64,000 nucleotides of DNA from a virus. Taxonomy: Duplodnaviria; Caudoviricetes. The notes below the pieces were generated by a model. It ran no database searches and was not told where the DNA came from. It worked only from the letters and a program-made list of their open reading frames with translations. The position numbers were made by a program, and so were the translations under genes. Positions 18,154-28,005 of the stretch are shown here, in pieces (position 1 is the first letter of the stretch; every line of letters starts with the position of its first letter). The stretch spans positions 37,756 to 101,755 of the IMG/VR virus record IMGVR_UViG_3300039156_000048, one strand, 5' to 3'.

Positions 18154-18767
18154 GCGGCTGAAGTATTCTTTTTATCATTTTTCAAACAACTTCTAATATA
18201 TTCTATCGTATCTGCCTCCCCGTTTTTCCTTCGATACTTATTGATAAAATTGGTGCTATGACCAATAGCGTCTGCCCATTGTCTTCCAGTTAACTTTAAC
18301 CCATCTACTTCTATGGGCAGAGTTGTTGATTTCCATCTTGTGTTTTCCACCGCGGGGACAAGTCGGCAGTTCTCTGGGGAATAGTTCTTGTTACCGTCAA
18401 TCCTGTCAATTGTCAAATCGTTTCTTCCTTTTGACTGAGAGACGTACCACTCATAGAATGCGAGAGGAGAGTTAAGCCATTCATCACATATCCTTATTCC
18501 CTTTTCTCCATACCATTTATAATCTCTCTTCCCAGGACTATAGCATCTACTAATCATCCCATTAAAGGTTACAGATATCCTTTTATCTTTAATATTCAGT
18601 CTTCTCGTACCAGTCAGCTCATGGATATTGTTGCATTTCTTTACGTCCTTTATCCATGCCTCTCTGGTCAGTATTGTTTCACCGCAAACAGAGCAAGTTG
18701 CGTAGATCATCTTATGGCCCCATTTATTTCTAAACCCAGCATCCTTGTAGTCTTTATATATGCTCAA
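18150..18767 (-). CDS. HNH-type homing endonuclease-like protein
   Basis: M.SRCY...Y..YG.KGI.IC.EW...TIDRID.N.NYSPENCR motif. Confidence 0.75.
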   Translation of the reverse strand: MSIYKDYKDAGFRNKWGHKMIYATCSVCGETILTREAWIKDVKKCNNIHELTGTRRLNIKDKRISVTFNGMISRCYSPGKRDYKWYGEKGIRICDEWLNSPLAFYEWYVSQSKGRNDLTIDRIDGNKNYSPENCRLVPAVENTRWKSTTLPIEVDGLKLTGRQWADAIGHSTNFINKYRRKNGEADTIEYIRSCLKNDKKNTSAA

Positions 18768-19448
18768 CTATTTACCTTCTTTATCTTTATTAACTGGACT
18801 CTTTACCACTTTTCGTTTTACTTTCTTCACGGGGGCAGTTGGCATTCTCCGCATTTCTCCGACCTCTGACCTGAAGGGTCTGCCGATATTCTGCTGAATG
18901 ATATAAGCAACACCGGCAGCAACAGCGTCACTCTCATCCGTATTTTTGTATTCATAGACCCCCACATAATCCCGCAGCGCTTCCCGCACATCATCCTTGG
19001 TGGCGTTCCCGCTTCCTGCAATGATGGCCTTGATGGACTTCGGCGCAATCTCGCACCATTCTTTTGGGTGGATATCCAGTTTCAAACAGGAGAAGTCTCT
19101 CGCAATCAGGAAGTCGGTGATGCCAACCACCTTATTAAGCGTCTGCGTTTCATTGGCAAAACGGCTGAAAGCGCGTTCCCTGACAAAGGTGACTTTCGAG
19201 CCTTCCGGAATCGCCTTGATGACGTTCTTCATATGGGTGAAGATACGCCCAAGCATATCCCCATGGGTTCCTTTGTATTTCTTGTTGTCGCATACGCTTG
19301 TGTCCACAACACGGATGCGGCCATTGTCTTCAAGGTGGAGTAAGGCAAACCCAGGCTGTCTGAGGCTCAGGTCTGCGCAAAATAAAAACTCCGGTATGAA
19401 GGGGGGAGTTTTTGAAGCAAGAAGGGTTGATTCGTTGACGGCTGTCAA
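18768..19448 (-). CDS. Holliday junction resolvase (RuvC-like)
   Basis: DLSLRQPG, ER, GNATKDDV, DESDAVA acidic motifs. Confidence 0.85.
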   Translation of the reverse strand: MTAVNESTLLASKTPPFIPEFLFCADLSLRQPGFALLHLEDNGRIRVVDTSVCDNKKYKGTHGDMLGRIFTHMKNVIKAIPEGSKVTFVRERAFSRFANETQTLNKVVGITDFLIARDFSCLKLDIHPKEWCEIAPKSIKAIIAGSGNATKDDVREALRDYVGVYEYKNTDESDAVAAGVAYIIQQNIGRPFRSEVGEMRRMPTAPVKKVKRKVVKSPVNKDKEGK

Positions 19449-19885
19449 TTACATTCCTCCCAGAATTTCCTGCGCTGTTCCTGCTCTTCAGCAGTCAATA
19501 TCTTCCCGTAAGTGGGGGACTTCCGGTTTCCGTCAATAACCATCCATTCGTCGTCTTTTGATGATGTACTGGTGAGTGTGATATCTGGCGAACAGTAACT
19601 GGTGCCGGTTTCCCATACGCTTGGGATGGTCGCTGTTTCTATGGGTTTCTTTTGATATAGCCCAATCAGTTTATTCAGATACCACACTGCCTTTTTGCTG
19701 TCACTCAGGTCATCTTCTTTTTTTCCCAGCCTGTCCATGTACTTCATGACAGACCCTTTGAGGAACCCGATATATTCCTCACGGCTGAGTTTATCTTCAA
19801 GATAGTCAATACATTCAATCTTCCCCTGATAATGGGAAGGGTGATTTACATATTCATAATCCGGACTTAGGCTTCTTTTCTCCAT
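19445..19885 (-). CDS. DUF3310 (SaV-like) protein
   Basis: VNHPSHY..IECID...GF..G...KY..R...K...KA.WYL. Confidence 0.8.
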   Translation of the reverse strand: MEKRSLSPDYEYVNHPSHYQGKIECIDYLEDKLSREEYIGFLKGSVMKYMDRLGKKEDDLSDSKKAVWYLNKLIGLYQKKPIETATIPSVWETGTSYCSPDITLTSTSSKDDEWMVIDGNRKSPTYGKILTAEEQEQRRKFWEECN

Positions 19886-20040
19886 TCATAATCCTCTCTT
19901 CTCTTTATTGTAAGGAAAACCCATGTGGTTTACCCAAAAAATTTCATATTCATAGTCCGTCATTTCATCAATGGATTTTGGTTTATGAAATAATCCGAAT
20001 TTCCTGTCGAACCAATATCTTATTTTTTCAATCATTTTCT

Positions 20041-20733
20041 TCATGCCAGTTTGTCCAATATAATTTCAGACCAGGATTCAAGCTTCCCCTCTTTGGCATA
20101 GGCACGAAGGGTGTCAAATGTGACCCATTCCCCGCTGAGTTTGTCTTTTTCTTTTACGGATATTTTGTTGTGTTGCAGCTTCATGCTGACCACCATCCCT
20201 AAGTGAACCCGACCGATGGCAGTCGATTGGTCGTAAATGTAACCAAGGCGTTCATAATAAGTAATGTCATCCTGAGCAAGCCCGACCTCTTCAGCCAGTT
20301 CCCGATACATGGAATCAACCAAGTCTTCGCCTTCGTCTATGTGACCGCCGATGCCGATGCTGTAGAGGCCGGTCAGCCTTGCATCACCCTCACCAAGCCT
20401 CTTTGTACAGAAGTATTGCCATTCACTTCCTTCATTTGCCTTATGTTTTAACACGACATAGTTGATGGGCTGCAAGTAGGTTTCATCCGATTCCGCTTTC
20501 CGCCGGGGGAGATACTCCATATTAGAGTGTATCGCCAGATTCAAAGGGGCGGTGATTGAGCGTGTCCCCATTGAGTATTTCACATAAGATTGTCTGTGAG
20601 GGATGAATTTCTCTTTTGTGATAAGATCACTAATCGCCGGGGACAGTTTTACAACCGCTACTTTCGTATCCCCATATTTTGCCGCCAGGTCTTCTTGCTT
20701 GAGAATGGTATCCTGTATTTTTTTTCTTGCCAC
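20041..20733 (-). CDS. NUDIX-family phosphoesterase
   Basis: GIGGHIDEGE...RELAEEVG Nudix box. Confidence 0.8.
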   Translation of the reverse strand: MARKKIQDTILKQEDLAAKYGDTKVAVVKLSPAISDLITKEKFIPHRQSYVKYSMGTRSITAPLNLAIHSNMEYLPRRKAESDETYLQPINYVVLKHKANEGSEWQYFCTKRLGEGDARLTGLYSIGIGGHIDEGEDLVDSMYRELAEEVGLAQDDITYYERLGYIYDQSTAIGRVHLGMVVSMKLQHNKISVKEKDKLSGEWVTFDTLRAYAKEGKLESWSEIILDKLA

Positions 20734-20839
20734 GTTTTGCTCCTATTTTATTACTTATAATTAGTCTGTTTGACATGCCACTCTGAGGTAAGGGAAACAC
20801 CTTACCGTGATGATAGAAGGTTCTATCTCCTGATTAGAG

Positions 20840-21166
20840 TCAGGACTTTTCCCTGTTTTTTTGAATCCTCATGCGTATTTGCTCCAGTCTCTGGGCTGCT
20901 GCACTTTTCTGCTCGGGTGTCATCACCCTGGGTTTCCGGATAGACACGTGAGTCTTGGGGAATGTAAATTCCGCACCCCACTCATCGACCCTGACCAACT
21001 TAAACTCATCAAAATCATTGACGATTTTCATCAGCTTGTTCATCATGGATTTGCTGGAGGTGGCAAGCACCGCGTTCGGCTCTGCTTCATTAAAGAGGAT
21101 GACGGTTTCCCGTTCAAACGCGGACAGTTCCTTTACTCTTTCAAAGGGTTTCTTTTCTGAATCCAA
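20840..21166 (-). CDS. Conserved phage hypothetical protein
   Basis: Clean ORF in operon with RBS. Confidence 0.55.
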   Translation of the reverse strand: MDSEKKPFERVKELSAFERETVILFNEAEPNAVLATSSKSMMNKLMKIVNDFDEFKLVRVDEWGAEFTFPKTHVSIRKPRVMTPEQKSAAAQRLEQIRMRIQKNREKS

Positions 21167-21284
21167 TATTTATTTCCTTTCTTATTGACAGGGAAGAGGC
21201 TCCGCCAAACAGATGACGGAGCATTGCCTGTTATGATTCTAAATTTCAGTGAATGGCGCTATTCAATTCACCCATATTTTAGCG

Positions 21285-23489
21285 TTATCTTATAGGGCAA
21301 GCGCCTGTTGAACAGTCCGGGTCATCTGAATCAAGTTCAGACACGCCAACAGTTTCATATTTCTGAAGGATTGAAGGGTCAAACGGGATAAACTCGGAAG
21401 ACATTTTATCAAATTCTTCTCTTGTAATTTCCTCGAGTGGGGCGAGGTGATAGGTTCCGCCATCAAGTGCAAGGAAGGAAACACCTACATATCGATCCCA
21501 CACTCTCTTGATATATTCCTTGACACTACCCCACTCTTCGGGACGGACAGTAATCGTGTTGCTTGAATTATGGTTTGTATAGGACTGTTGGAACATCAGA
21601 TATCTGTCAAGTTGGTCCAATGCCGATACGTCATTTTTTGTTTTTATCGCGCCAGATTGAATAGGAAAACTGAACACAAGCGTTCTCCCTTTATTCTCCT
21701 CATCATATTTCCAGCCGACATCAATCATTGCCTTGGCAAGGGCGTCATCAGCAGAAATCCTGACCCTGCGGATATAGTAGGGAGCATGAGCATCATGAAG
21801 CCCTGGTGATACGCCACCAGCAATGACGGACAGAGATCCTTCGGGCTTGACTGTAGTAACAAGAAGCGGTGTCTGGATCCTCAGTTCTTTTGCGTATTCA
21901 TCCGCTACATAATTTGCTTCACTTTCAAGGTCTTCCAGAAACAGCTCCTTATCAATAAGTTCCATTCTTGACGTGGCATCCTCATATCCCGTCATGCTGC
22001 AACCCGTCAGCCTGTCCCGCTTGTGTTTAAAGTCCCACTCAGGGAGCTCGAGGTCGATGAGCGTCATCCGCAGACCGGCTCTTGCTGACAGTGCCTGTGC
22101 TTTCATCAGGCCGTCATAGTCTTTAATCACGCCATCTTCACTGAACGCAGTTAGGTTGATGGTGGTTAAGTTGCATTGCTGCTTGTTATCCAAGAGGATC
22201 TCAGCGCAGGGATTGACCCCCTCCGCATTGAAGCGACGCTCACCCGCAGCTTTCAGATTAATGAAACCAGGTTCCCCGTCCAATTGGAGCATCAGGAACA
22301 CCAAGTCCATAAAATCATCAGACGGTTTCTCGAGAAAGCCGATAGAGTTATTGGAGAGCCTTCGATGTTCTATTCCCTGCCGGACTTTATTTTTTCCTTT
22401 GCTGAACTCATCAAACCACGGGGGAGGCTCAATCCCCATCTTGTAGAGTTGGGCAAGCACTTTTTCGTGTTGAGCAAAATGCTCGACTGTCCAAAAACCG
22501 TTGATGCCGTACTTGGCAAACAAAACTTCCAGGTCATCATCGTCAAAGAGGAACAGTTCGGCAGTCCTTCTTACACCGCCTGAAACCACGTTATTCCCAA
22601 TCAGGTTACCCATGTCAAGGATATGGATTGGTCGGACTCTCCCATAACCTCTCTCGTCTGGAACAATTGGAGCAAGGCTTTCATCTATTTTATTTTTCAA
22701 AACATTGTCAAAGCCATGGAACATTTCCATCAGCGGAGTTGGCCCAGAGGCTGTTCCGCCAAAGGTCTTCAGGCGCTCACCCCTTGGACGGACAGAGTTG
22801 AATGAAATTTTAATCGTGTGGATGTTCTCATGCTCAGGCTTTGTCAGCAGTTGGAAGTAGTGTGATAACGCGTCTCTCCATCCTTCCTTGCTGTCACCTA
22901 CATAGATTTTGGCAAAACCATTCGCCAGAAAGCGGGTATCGGTATCCTGCAAACGATGGTCTTCGGGAAGTGGTTCATAAGGGGAGAGAATCATATTCGT
23001 ATTGATGCGGATCGGCGGCAGCCCCGCCGCCATTTTCTTGGTACACTTGAATCCGACCCCGCTTCCAAGCATCAGCAGGTAAAACAGTTCAGCAAGGTCT
23101 TCCCATTTCTCAATGTTTGTAAAGCTGCAATTGAAATTTGCCATCGGGTAATCTTCAGCGACAGACGTACCACCAATCCACAGCGACCTTCCGGAAGGGA
23201 ATTGCCGTAAATTCCAGATACCGTCAAACAATTCTTCTGCTTCTTGCTTCAGCCAGTCCGTTGGGACAGGGATACCGATCTTGTTTCGATGGATATAGTC
23301 AAGGCCGACATTGTACTGGACAGTCCTGGCGACAGTCTCTTTCCAGGTTTCCCTTCGGCTTTTTTCGGGGAAAAACCTGGAATAAGTCCTGTAATAAGTG
23401 AATAATCCAATAGGGGACATGTGCTCCGGGTGCGGTGGATATTTTGATAAAAATTCTTCGGACAAAAATGCGGGGACGCTATAACTCAA
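21285..23489 (-). CDS. nrdJ: Class II (adenosylcobalamin-dependent) ribonucleoside-triphosphate reductase
   Basis: YRTYSR, NCSF, GGVRRTA, NPCAEI, TVKPEG, C-terminal CSTGACP. Confidence 0.92.
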   Translation of the reverse strand: MSYSVPAFLSEEFLSKYPPHPEHMSPIGLFTYYRTYSRFFPEKSRRETWKETVARTVQYNVGLDYIHRNKIGIPVPTDWLKQEAEELFDGIWNLRQFPSGRSLWIGGTSVAEDYPMANFNCSFTNIEKWEDLAELFYLLMLGSGVGFKCTKKMAAGLPPIRINTNMILSPYEPLPEDHRLQDTDTRFLANGFAKIYVGDSKEGWRDALSHYFQLLTKPEHENIHTIKISFNSVRPRGERLKTFGGTASGPTPLMEMFHGFDNVLKNKIDESLAPIVPDERGYGRVRPIHILDMGNLIGNNVVSGGVRRTAELFLFDDDDLEVLFAKYGINGFWTVEHFAQHEKVLAQLYKMGIEPPPWFDEFSKGKNKVRQGIEHRRLSNNSIGFLEKPSDDFMDLVFLMLQLDGEPGFINLKAAGERRFNAEGVNPCAEILLDNKQQCNLTTINLTAFSEDGVIKDYDGLMKAQALSARAGLRMTLIDLELPEWDFKHKRDRLTGCSMTGYEDATSRMELIDKELFLEDLESEANYVADEYAKELRIQTPLLVTTVKPEGSLSVIAGGVSPGLHDAHAPYYIRRVRISADDALAKAMIDVGWKYDEENKGRTLVFSFPIQSGAIKTKNDVSALDQLDRYLMFQQSYTNHNSSNTITVRPEEWGSVKEYIKRVWDRYVGVSFLALDGGTYHLAPLEEITREEFDKMSSEFIPFDPSILQKYETVGVSELDSDDPDCSTGACPIR

Positions 23490-23499
23490 ATAATCACTC

Positions 23500-24621
23500 T
23501 CATTTCTTATTATCTTTTTTAATCAAATAGTCAGGGGAAACAGCCTTGAAGCTGATATCCTTTATATAGTTTCTACAAACTACGCCCTCCCGTAACACAT
23601 CAGGGTTGATGGCGGATTTTCCGGTCGCATAGTTCAGGATATCTTCAACGTCCATTGGCATCTCAATCGTTCCTACAAGAGGAACCCAGGGGATGTCGCA
23701 GGCTTTTAAAATCGTCTCACCAATCGTGCAGGGAATCTTGCGGGTGGGGATAATCAGGTTGAAGGCATAGAACCTTACCTCATCCAGTTTGTAAGGGTTG
23801 CCCTGGACGCCCTGCCCAATCATTTCTCCCTGGATTGTCACCCACTCGTTCTTCCCGATGATCTTCCTTAGTGCGGCTTCCATATGGTATTTTTCCGCTA
23901 CGGCAAGGAACTTCACATCGTCCGTACTGCCGGTTACCAATCTTCGGTTTCGTGAACAAACACCAAATTCAAATCTCTGTTTTCGTGAAAACAGGGTCGG
24001 TTTCTTTCGGTGCAGAAAGACAGTCAGGCTCGAGCCATCCAATTTCTCCCGGCAGACGAAGGTGTCGGTTCCGTTAAAAACCCAGGGTACTGTCTGGATC
24101 CGTGTTTCATCCGTCTTCTTGACAAAGGAAGGAAAGCGTTCCGCTTGCTTCTTGAGTTTTGCGTTGCGGCGAAGCAGGAATTTTCCCAGTGGTCTTGTCA
24201 GCGGATTCTTCAGCAGCCTGCGGATATAGGGAATGTTGGTGCTTGTCACATTGACAGATTTCGGTTCATCATCCACTTCATCACAGTGCTTGACCCCCAG
24301 GATATCCGTGACATCCATCCCTTCGTGGGCAAGTTTCTGTTCTTTCTCCGGAAGAATACTTAAAGGAAAGCAAATACCTTCTGATAAAACGCCGGACATT
24401 TTCATGACTTTGATTTTATATTTCTTGCTTCTCAGAAATTCAAACTCTGGTTTCTCAGGCATCATACTGTCCGGTTCACAGTAGATGCATAGGTCACCGA
24501 CCTCATAGGCATCCTTCTGCACAATCACGTGCCACCCAAGAACGGTGGCAAGGACGATTCTATCTTTCCCTTCAATGGGATTCAGTTCCAGTATCTTCTG
24601 GACAGATGCTAACTTTCTCAA
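23500..24621 (-). CDS. ATP-dependent RNA ligase (DRB0094/Rnl5-like)
   Basis: N-terminal OB-like domain (LASVQKI..L.PIEG.D.I), KTDETRIQ, EKLDGSS adenylation motif, REGVV..SFK. Confidence 0.85.
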   Translation of the reverse strand: MRKLASVQKILELNPIEGKDRIVLATVLGWHVIVQKDAYEVGDLCIYCEPDSMMPEKPEFEFLRSKKYKIKVMKMSGVLSEGICFPLSILPEKEQKLAHEGMDVTDILGVKHCDEVDDEPKSVNVTSTNIPYIRRLLKNPLTRPLGKFLLRRNAKLKKQAERFPSFVKKTDETRIQTVPWVFNGTDTFVCREKLDGSSLTVFLHRKKPTLFSRKQRFEFGVCSRNRRLVTGSTDDVKFLAVAEKYHMEAALRKIIGKNEWVTIQGEMIGQGVQGNPYKLDEVRFYAFNLIIPTRKIPCTIGETILKACDIPWVPLVGTIEMPMDVEDILNYATGKSAINPDVLREGVVCRNYIKDISFKAVSPDYLIKKDNKK

Positions 24622-25208
24622 GTTCTCCTCCGCTGATAATCTTCATAGTGCGGTCGGGTTGAAAACGCCTTGCTCTCCTCAGGGTCAAGGAAGTCGCACT
24701 CGTTTTCAAACTCACACACCAAAGGATATTCCTTGGTAAAATCAATTTTCATATGATTACAGTGTGTGCAGTACACATGCTCGTCTTCCCCTATAACTTC
24801 ATTGTTGGGGAGTAATGCTTTAACTTCCCGAATCAGTCGCCGGAAGGTTCGTGCTTTTTCTGTCAGTTCTTTTTCTTCCTCAAACGAAGCGTCAAACCGT
24901 AGCCAGTCATCGAAGTTATTCTCAATGTCTGTAAGACCTTCCCGGATTAAATCCCGGAAGTCTAAAAAAGAACTGTATGTTTCAATAGTATCGGTTGTTC
25001 TGTTGATGATGGTCGTGTGATAGTAGGAAACGATGTATGAATCCACCCCTTCTTCGTCTATATGCAAGACAAAGGGGATGCTTTTTTGATACAGTGCGAC
25101 AATGGCGGCATTCAGGAAGTCAAGTGGGATATCCGTTAGATAGCTTCCACTCCCTTCATACTCACCGATTGTAACTGTTGTCCAACCTACTTCTGGTTTA
25201 CTGAACAT
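24618..25208 (-). CDS. Hypothetical protein
   Basis: GGAGG RBS, in operon; C-terminal Cys cluster. Confidence 0.55.
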   Translation of the reverse strand: MFSKPEVGWTTVTIGEYEGSGSYLTDIPLDFLNAAIVALYQKSIPFVLHIDEEGVDSYIVSYYHTTIINRTTDTIETYSSFLDFRDLIREGLTDIENNFDDWLRFDASFEEEKELTEKARTFRRLIREVKALLPNNEVIGEDEHVYCTHCNHMKIDFTKEYPLVCEFENECDFLDPEESKAFSTRPHYEDYQRRRT

Positions 25209-25245
25209 GTTCCTCCTTATATAATTCTCGTCAATTTATTCAAAG

Positions 25246-25398
25246 TTAATTTGTACTGACCCACCATATGCTTTCCCACCATCTGTCCCAAAGGTTCAGT
25301 CCCGGCGAAAGCCAAGATACCGCTGCAAGCAGGGCGAGGAACACAACAATAATTATGATGGCAAACCAATCAACTTTTTTGTGCCAAGAATCACCCAT
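25246..25398 (-). CDS. Small Trp-rich membrane peptide (50 aa)
   Basis: Not in ORF track; GGAGG RBS; MGDSWHKKVDWFAIIIIVVFLALLAAVSW... Confidence 0.55.
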   Translation of the reverse strand: MGDSWHKKVDWFAIIIIVVFLALLAAVSWLSPGLNLWDRWWESIWWVSTN

Positions 25399-25410
25399 GC
25401 TCCTCCTTGC

Positions 25411-25878
25411 CTAAGCCTTGTCAGGGCCATTTTTCTCATTCCATTGTTTTTCATTATCATAAAATCTATAGCACTTATGGCAGCCGAATTCTTTGGATTT
25501 TCTATACTCCTCGTAGGTTTCATGTTCTGACGCCTCTGACCCGCACTTCTTACATTTAAAATTCCCGTTGGCATCAAGCCCTTTCAGGGCATTAAGTTCT
25601 CTTATTTTTTCAATGGACGATTGCAGTACTTCTCTTTCTTTGAACAGGATGTCTTTCTGCGTTTCATATTCTCTTTTCAGTTGAAGGATCTCCCCATCAA
25701 TTGACCGCAGTTTTCTGTTTAGCGATTGGATGATGTCATAGTTTGTCATAATCTGCCTATTCCTGTCTTTTGTGATTTTGCGAATGCGAGCATTGCTTGC
25801 TTTGATTTCCTGTGGGGTAAAAAATTCTCGCTCAAGTTCATCATCCCAGAGGGTAAATCCGTTTTTCTTACCCATCAA
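25411..25878 (-). CDS. Hypothetical coiled-coil/zinc-ribbon protein
   Basis: Coiled coil then CxxC...CxxC. Confidence 0.5.
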   Translation of the reverse strand: MMGKKNGFTLWDDELEREFFTPQEIKASNARIRKITKDRNRQIMTNYDIIQSLNRKLRSIDGEILQLKREYETQKDILFKEREVLQSSIEKIRELNALKGLDANGNFKCKKCGSEASEHETYEEYRKSKEFGCHKCYRFYDNEKQWNEKNGPDKA

Positions 25879-26188
25879 ATTTCACAACCACCGCTCTGTC
25901 ATCCCAGTATTCGTCAGCACTGATTTTGCGGCTGTTTGCCCCGAACATCTCATTCCGTTCCTGTAGGTTCTCGTTCACTTCATCAAACTCCAGGCCATAG
26001 GATTCACACCAACGAACGGCATTCGCCAGGGACTCCCCTTCCCGGCAGGTAAAGAGGATGAGTTTGATACCACTGTTCCGCAGCCGAATCAGTTCCTCGA
26101 TGACTGGTTTATTGGGAAGACCAATCTCAGGCCACTTATTCGCCTCACACAGGCATCCGTCAAAGTCAACTGCGATAACCTTATCCAT
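25868..26188 (-). CDS. Small HAD-like hydrolase
   Basis: IAVDFDG motif, ILFTCR, DEYWDD. Confidence 0.75.
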   Translation of the reverse strand: MDKVIAVDFDGCLCEANKWPEIGLPNKPVIEELIRLRNSGIKLILFTCREGESLANAVRWCESYGLEFDEVNENLQERNEMFGANSRKISADEYWDDRAVVVKFDG

Positions 26189-26583
26189 TACTCACTGTCC
26201 TCTTCGCCAATCTCTTCTTCTTCCTGATCTTCCTCGTCAATCTCCAGTTCGATTTCATGTAGGTCGGCAGCGGTTTCTTTCCCGACAGGCTGGCCACCGC
26301 CGGTTGACAGCCAATCCTGGTCTTTGGGGGTGACTCCCTCGTTCAAGCGTTTCAATACAGTCAATGGATTGAAAGCGCAGGAAATCAGCATTCCATCCTC
26401 CAATAAAATAAAGGACTTTGTTTCGCGTCCTCTTGTCATGTCCACGTAGGTTTCACTCGCCTTGGCGTACCGTATCATCCGCTTGGTCTGTTCGGCTTTT
26501 GTGGGGAACACCCCAACAATCCGGTTCGCACAGACGATGTAGCCAAACCCGATGTGAATAAACTTCAGTATCGCTCCCGTCAA
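26188..26583 (-). CDS. remA: RemA/DUF370 family regulator with acidic tail
   Basis: IHIGFG.IV.ANRI...KRMI..AK...VD.T.GR.TKS.I pattern matching RemA/YlzA. Confidence 0.8.
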   Translation of the reverse strand: MTGAILKFIHIGFGYIVCANRIVGVFPTKAEQTKRMIRYAKASETYVDMTRGRETKSFILLEDGMLISCAFNPLTVLKRLNEGVTPKDQDWLSTGGGQPVGKETAADLHEIELEIDEEDQEEEEIGEEDSE

Positions 26584-26996
26584 ATAGTCTCCTCCTCTAA
26601 AGATTTATATCTCAGTTCTTTTGCGTGTTCAAAGCAGAGTGTCTTAATCCATCCGCCACTACGGGGTTTTCCTGGTTTTCCGCATTTCTCGCAGATTGTG
26701 TAGGACTCCTCTTCCGCATCGCACACAATTGTATACACATCATCATAGAGCCCAGTTTCCATACTTCCCAGATAGATCCGAAGACCGCCGAATTTCTCCT
26801 TCATCTGAATGAGTGAGAACCTTGATAAATCAACATCATGTCTCACATAGGCATCCGCAATCTTTTCAAAAGTCCGGAGGCACAGCTCTTTCCATCCTTC
26901 ACCTACATCATAAGCGATATCATAAGGTGTCCCGTCTTCGTTGAAGAGGTAGGGTGGGGTTCTTGATAAAATTACTTTTTCTTCATACCAGGCCAT
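26580..26996 (-). CDS. Conserved phage protein (KEKFGGLRIY family)
   Basis: KEKFGGLRIY and ICEKCG..G...GWIKTLC motifs. Confidence 0.65.
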   Translation of the reverse strand: MAWYEEKVILSRTPPYLFNEDGTPYDIAYDVGEGWKELCLRTFEKIADAYVRHDVDLSRFSLIQMKEKFGGLRIYLGSMETGLYDDVYTIVCDAEEESYTICEKCGKPGKPRSGGWIKTLCFEHAKELRYKSLEEETI

Positions 26997-27158
26997 TTGA
27001 TTCCTCCTTTGTAAATACGCAATTAAAAATCAATTTTCCTTCAGTAAATATGTCTCCTGCTGTTGACCATTTTTTCGCTTCAACAATGAAAGTCCCTATT
27101 ATTCCATCGTCGTCTTCGGCAGGGATGTGTATTTTTATTGGCAAATCTTCTCTTATTT

Positions 27159-27704
27159 TCATAAATTTCCCCAAATGTGGACCCGCACATCCGCCCTCTT
27201 GGTAATATAGAGGGACTGCATGACAGAATAGAGCAGCCATTGGATCTTCGCGAAGTACCGGTTAAAGAGCCTCGTAGCCTTCGGGGAAGTGATCTTTGCC
27301 AATAATTCAAGAAAGTCCAAGTCCTGCAAGGTATAGGTCACACACGGTGGGAAGTATGTTCTCGGGTTAAGGTCTGCTAAGGGACTGATCCCAAATTTTT
27401 CATAGTAATTCGTCGCTTCTTCCGAGGCATCTGAGGGAATCCTGGCGGATACGCAGTCCCCAACCAGGTCTCCAATCCGCTCAAGCGGGCCAATTAGCTC
27501 ATCAATCTCTGCCCCCTCATCATCATAGGCAATGTCAAATACCTCCCCGCCAAACAAGGCTCCCAGTGCTTCGCCACCTCCCATGATGAGCTGGGCAAGG
27601 CGGTAGTTTGTTCCATCCCCTACTTTTTCATAAAGGTTTGCGGTTTTCCATTTGTTGTCACTTGGGTCGGTATATTCGATGACGCTGTACAGGATTTTAC
27701 TCAC
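27159..27704 (-). CDS. Hypothetical protein
   Basis: Co-oriented ORF in operon. Confidence 0.5.
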   Translation of the reverse strand: MSKILYSVIEYTDPSDNKWKTANLYEKVGDGTNYRLAQLIMGGGEALGALFGGEVFDIAYDDEGAEIDELIGPLERIGDLVGDCVSARIPSDASEEATNYYEKFGISPLADLNPRTYFPPCVTYTLQDLDFLELLAKITSPKATRLFNRYFAKIQWLLYSVMQSLYITKRADVRVHIWGNL

Positions 27705-28005
27705 TCAATACCACCACCATTCTCGTTCTTGCCTCCTCATATTTATCACCATGTTTAGCGCAATTTTTGAATAGATTTCCGCCCAGCCCGGGTCGATGTC
27801 ACTGTCACAATAGGAACAAGTGCATTTCCGAGGTATAGGGTCATATTCCATAATAAAAGTGTTTGCCGGTGCCCCGCAGTGAGGGCAAGGGCCAAGTTTC
27901 TTAATTAATATTGATGCCATTTTCTTCCGCCCCGCTTTTATTTACCCCCGATGGGGTACAAAACTTGTTCTTTTCAGCCATTTGTACCCTATCGGTATGA
28001 AAACC

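Noticed and set aside
20255-20280. TAATGTCA half-site as a seventh palindromic site
   Set aside because: Lies inside a CDS and the left arm does not match
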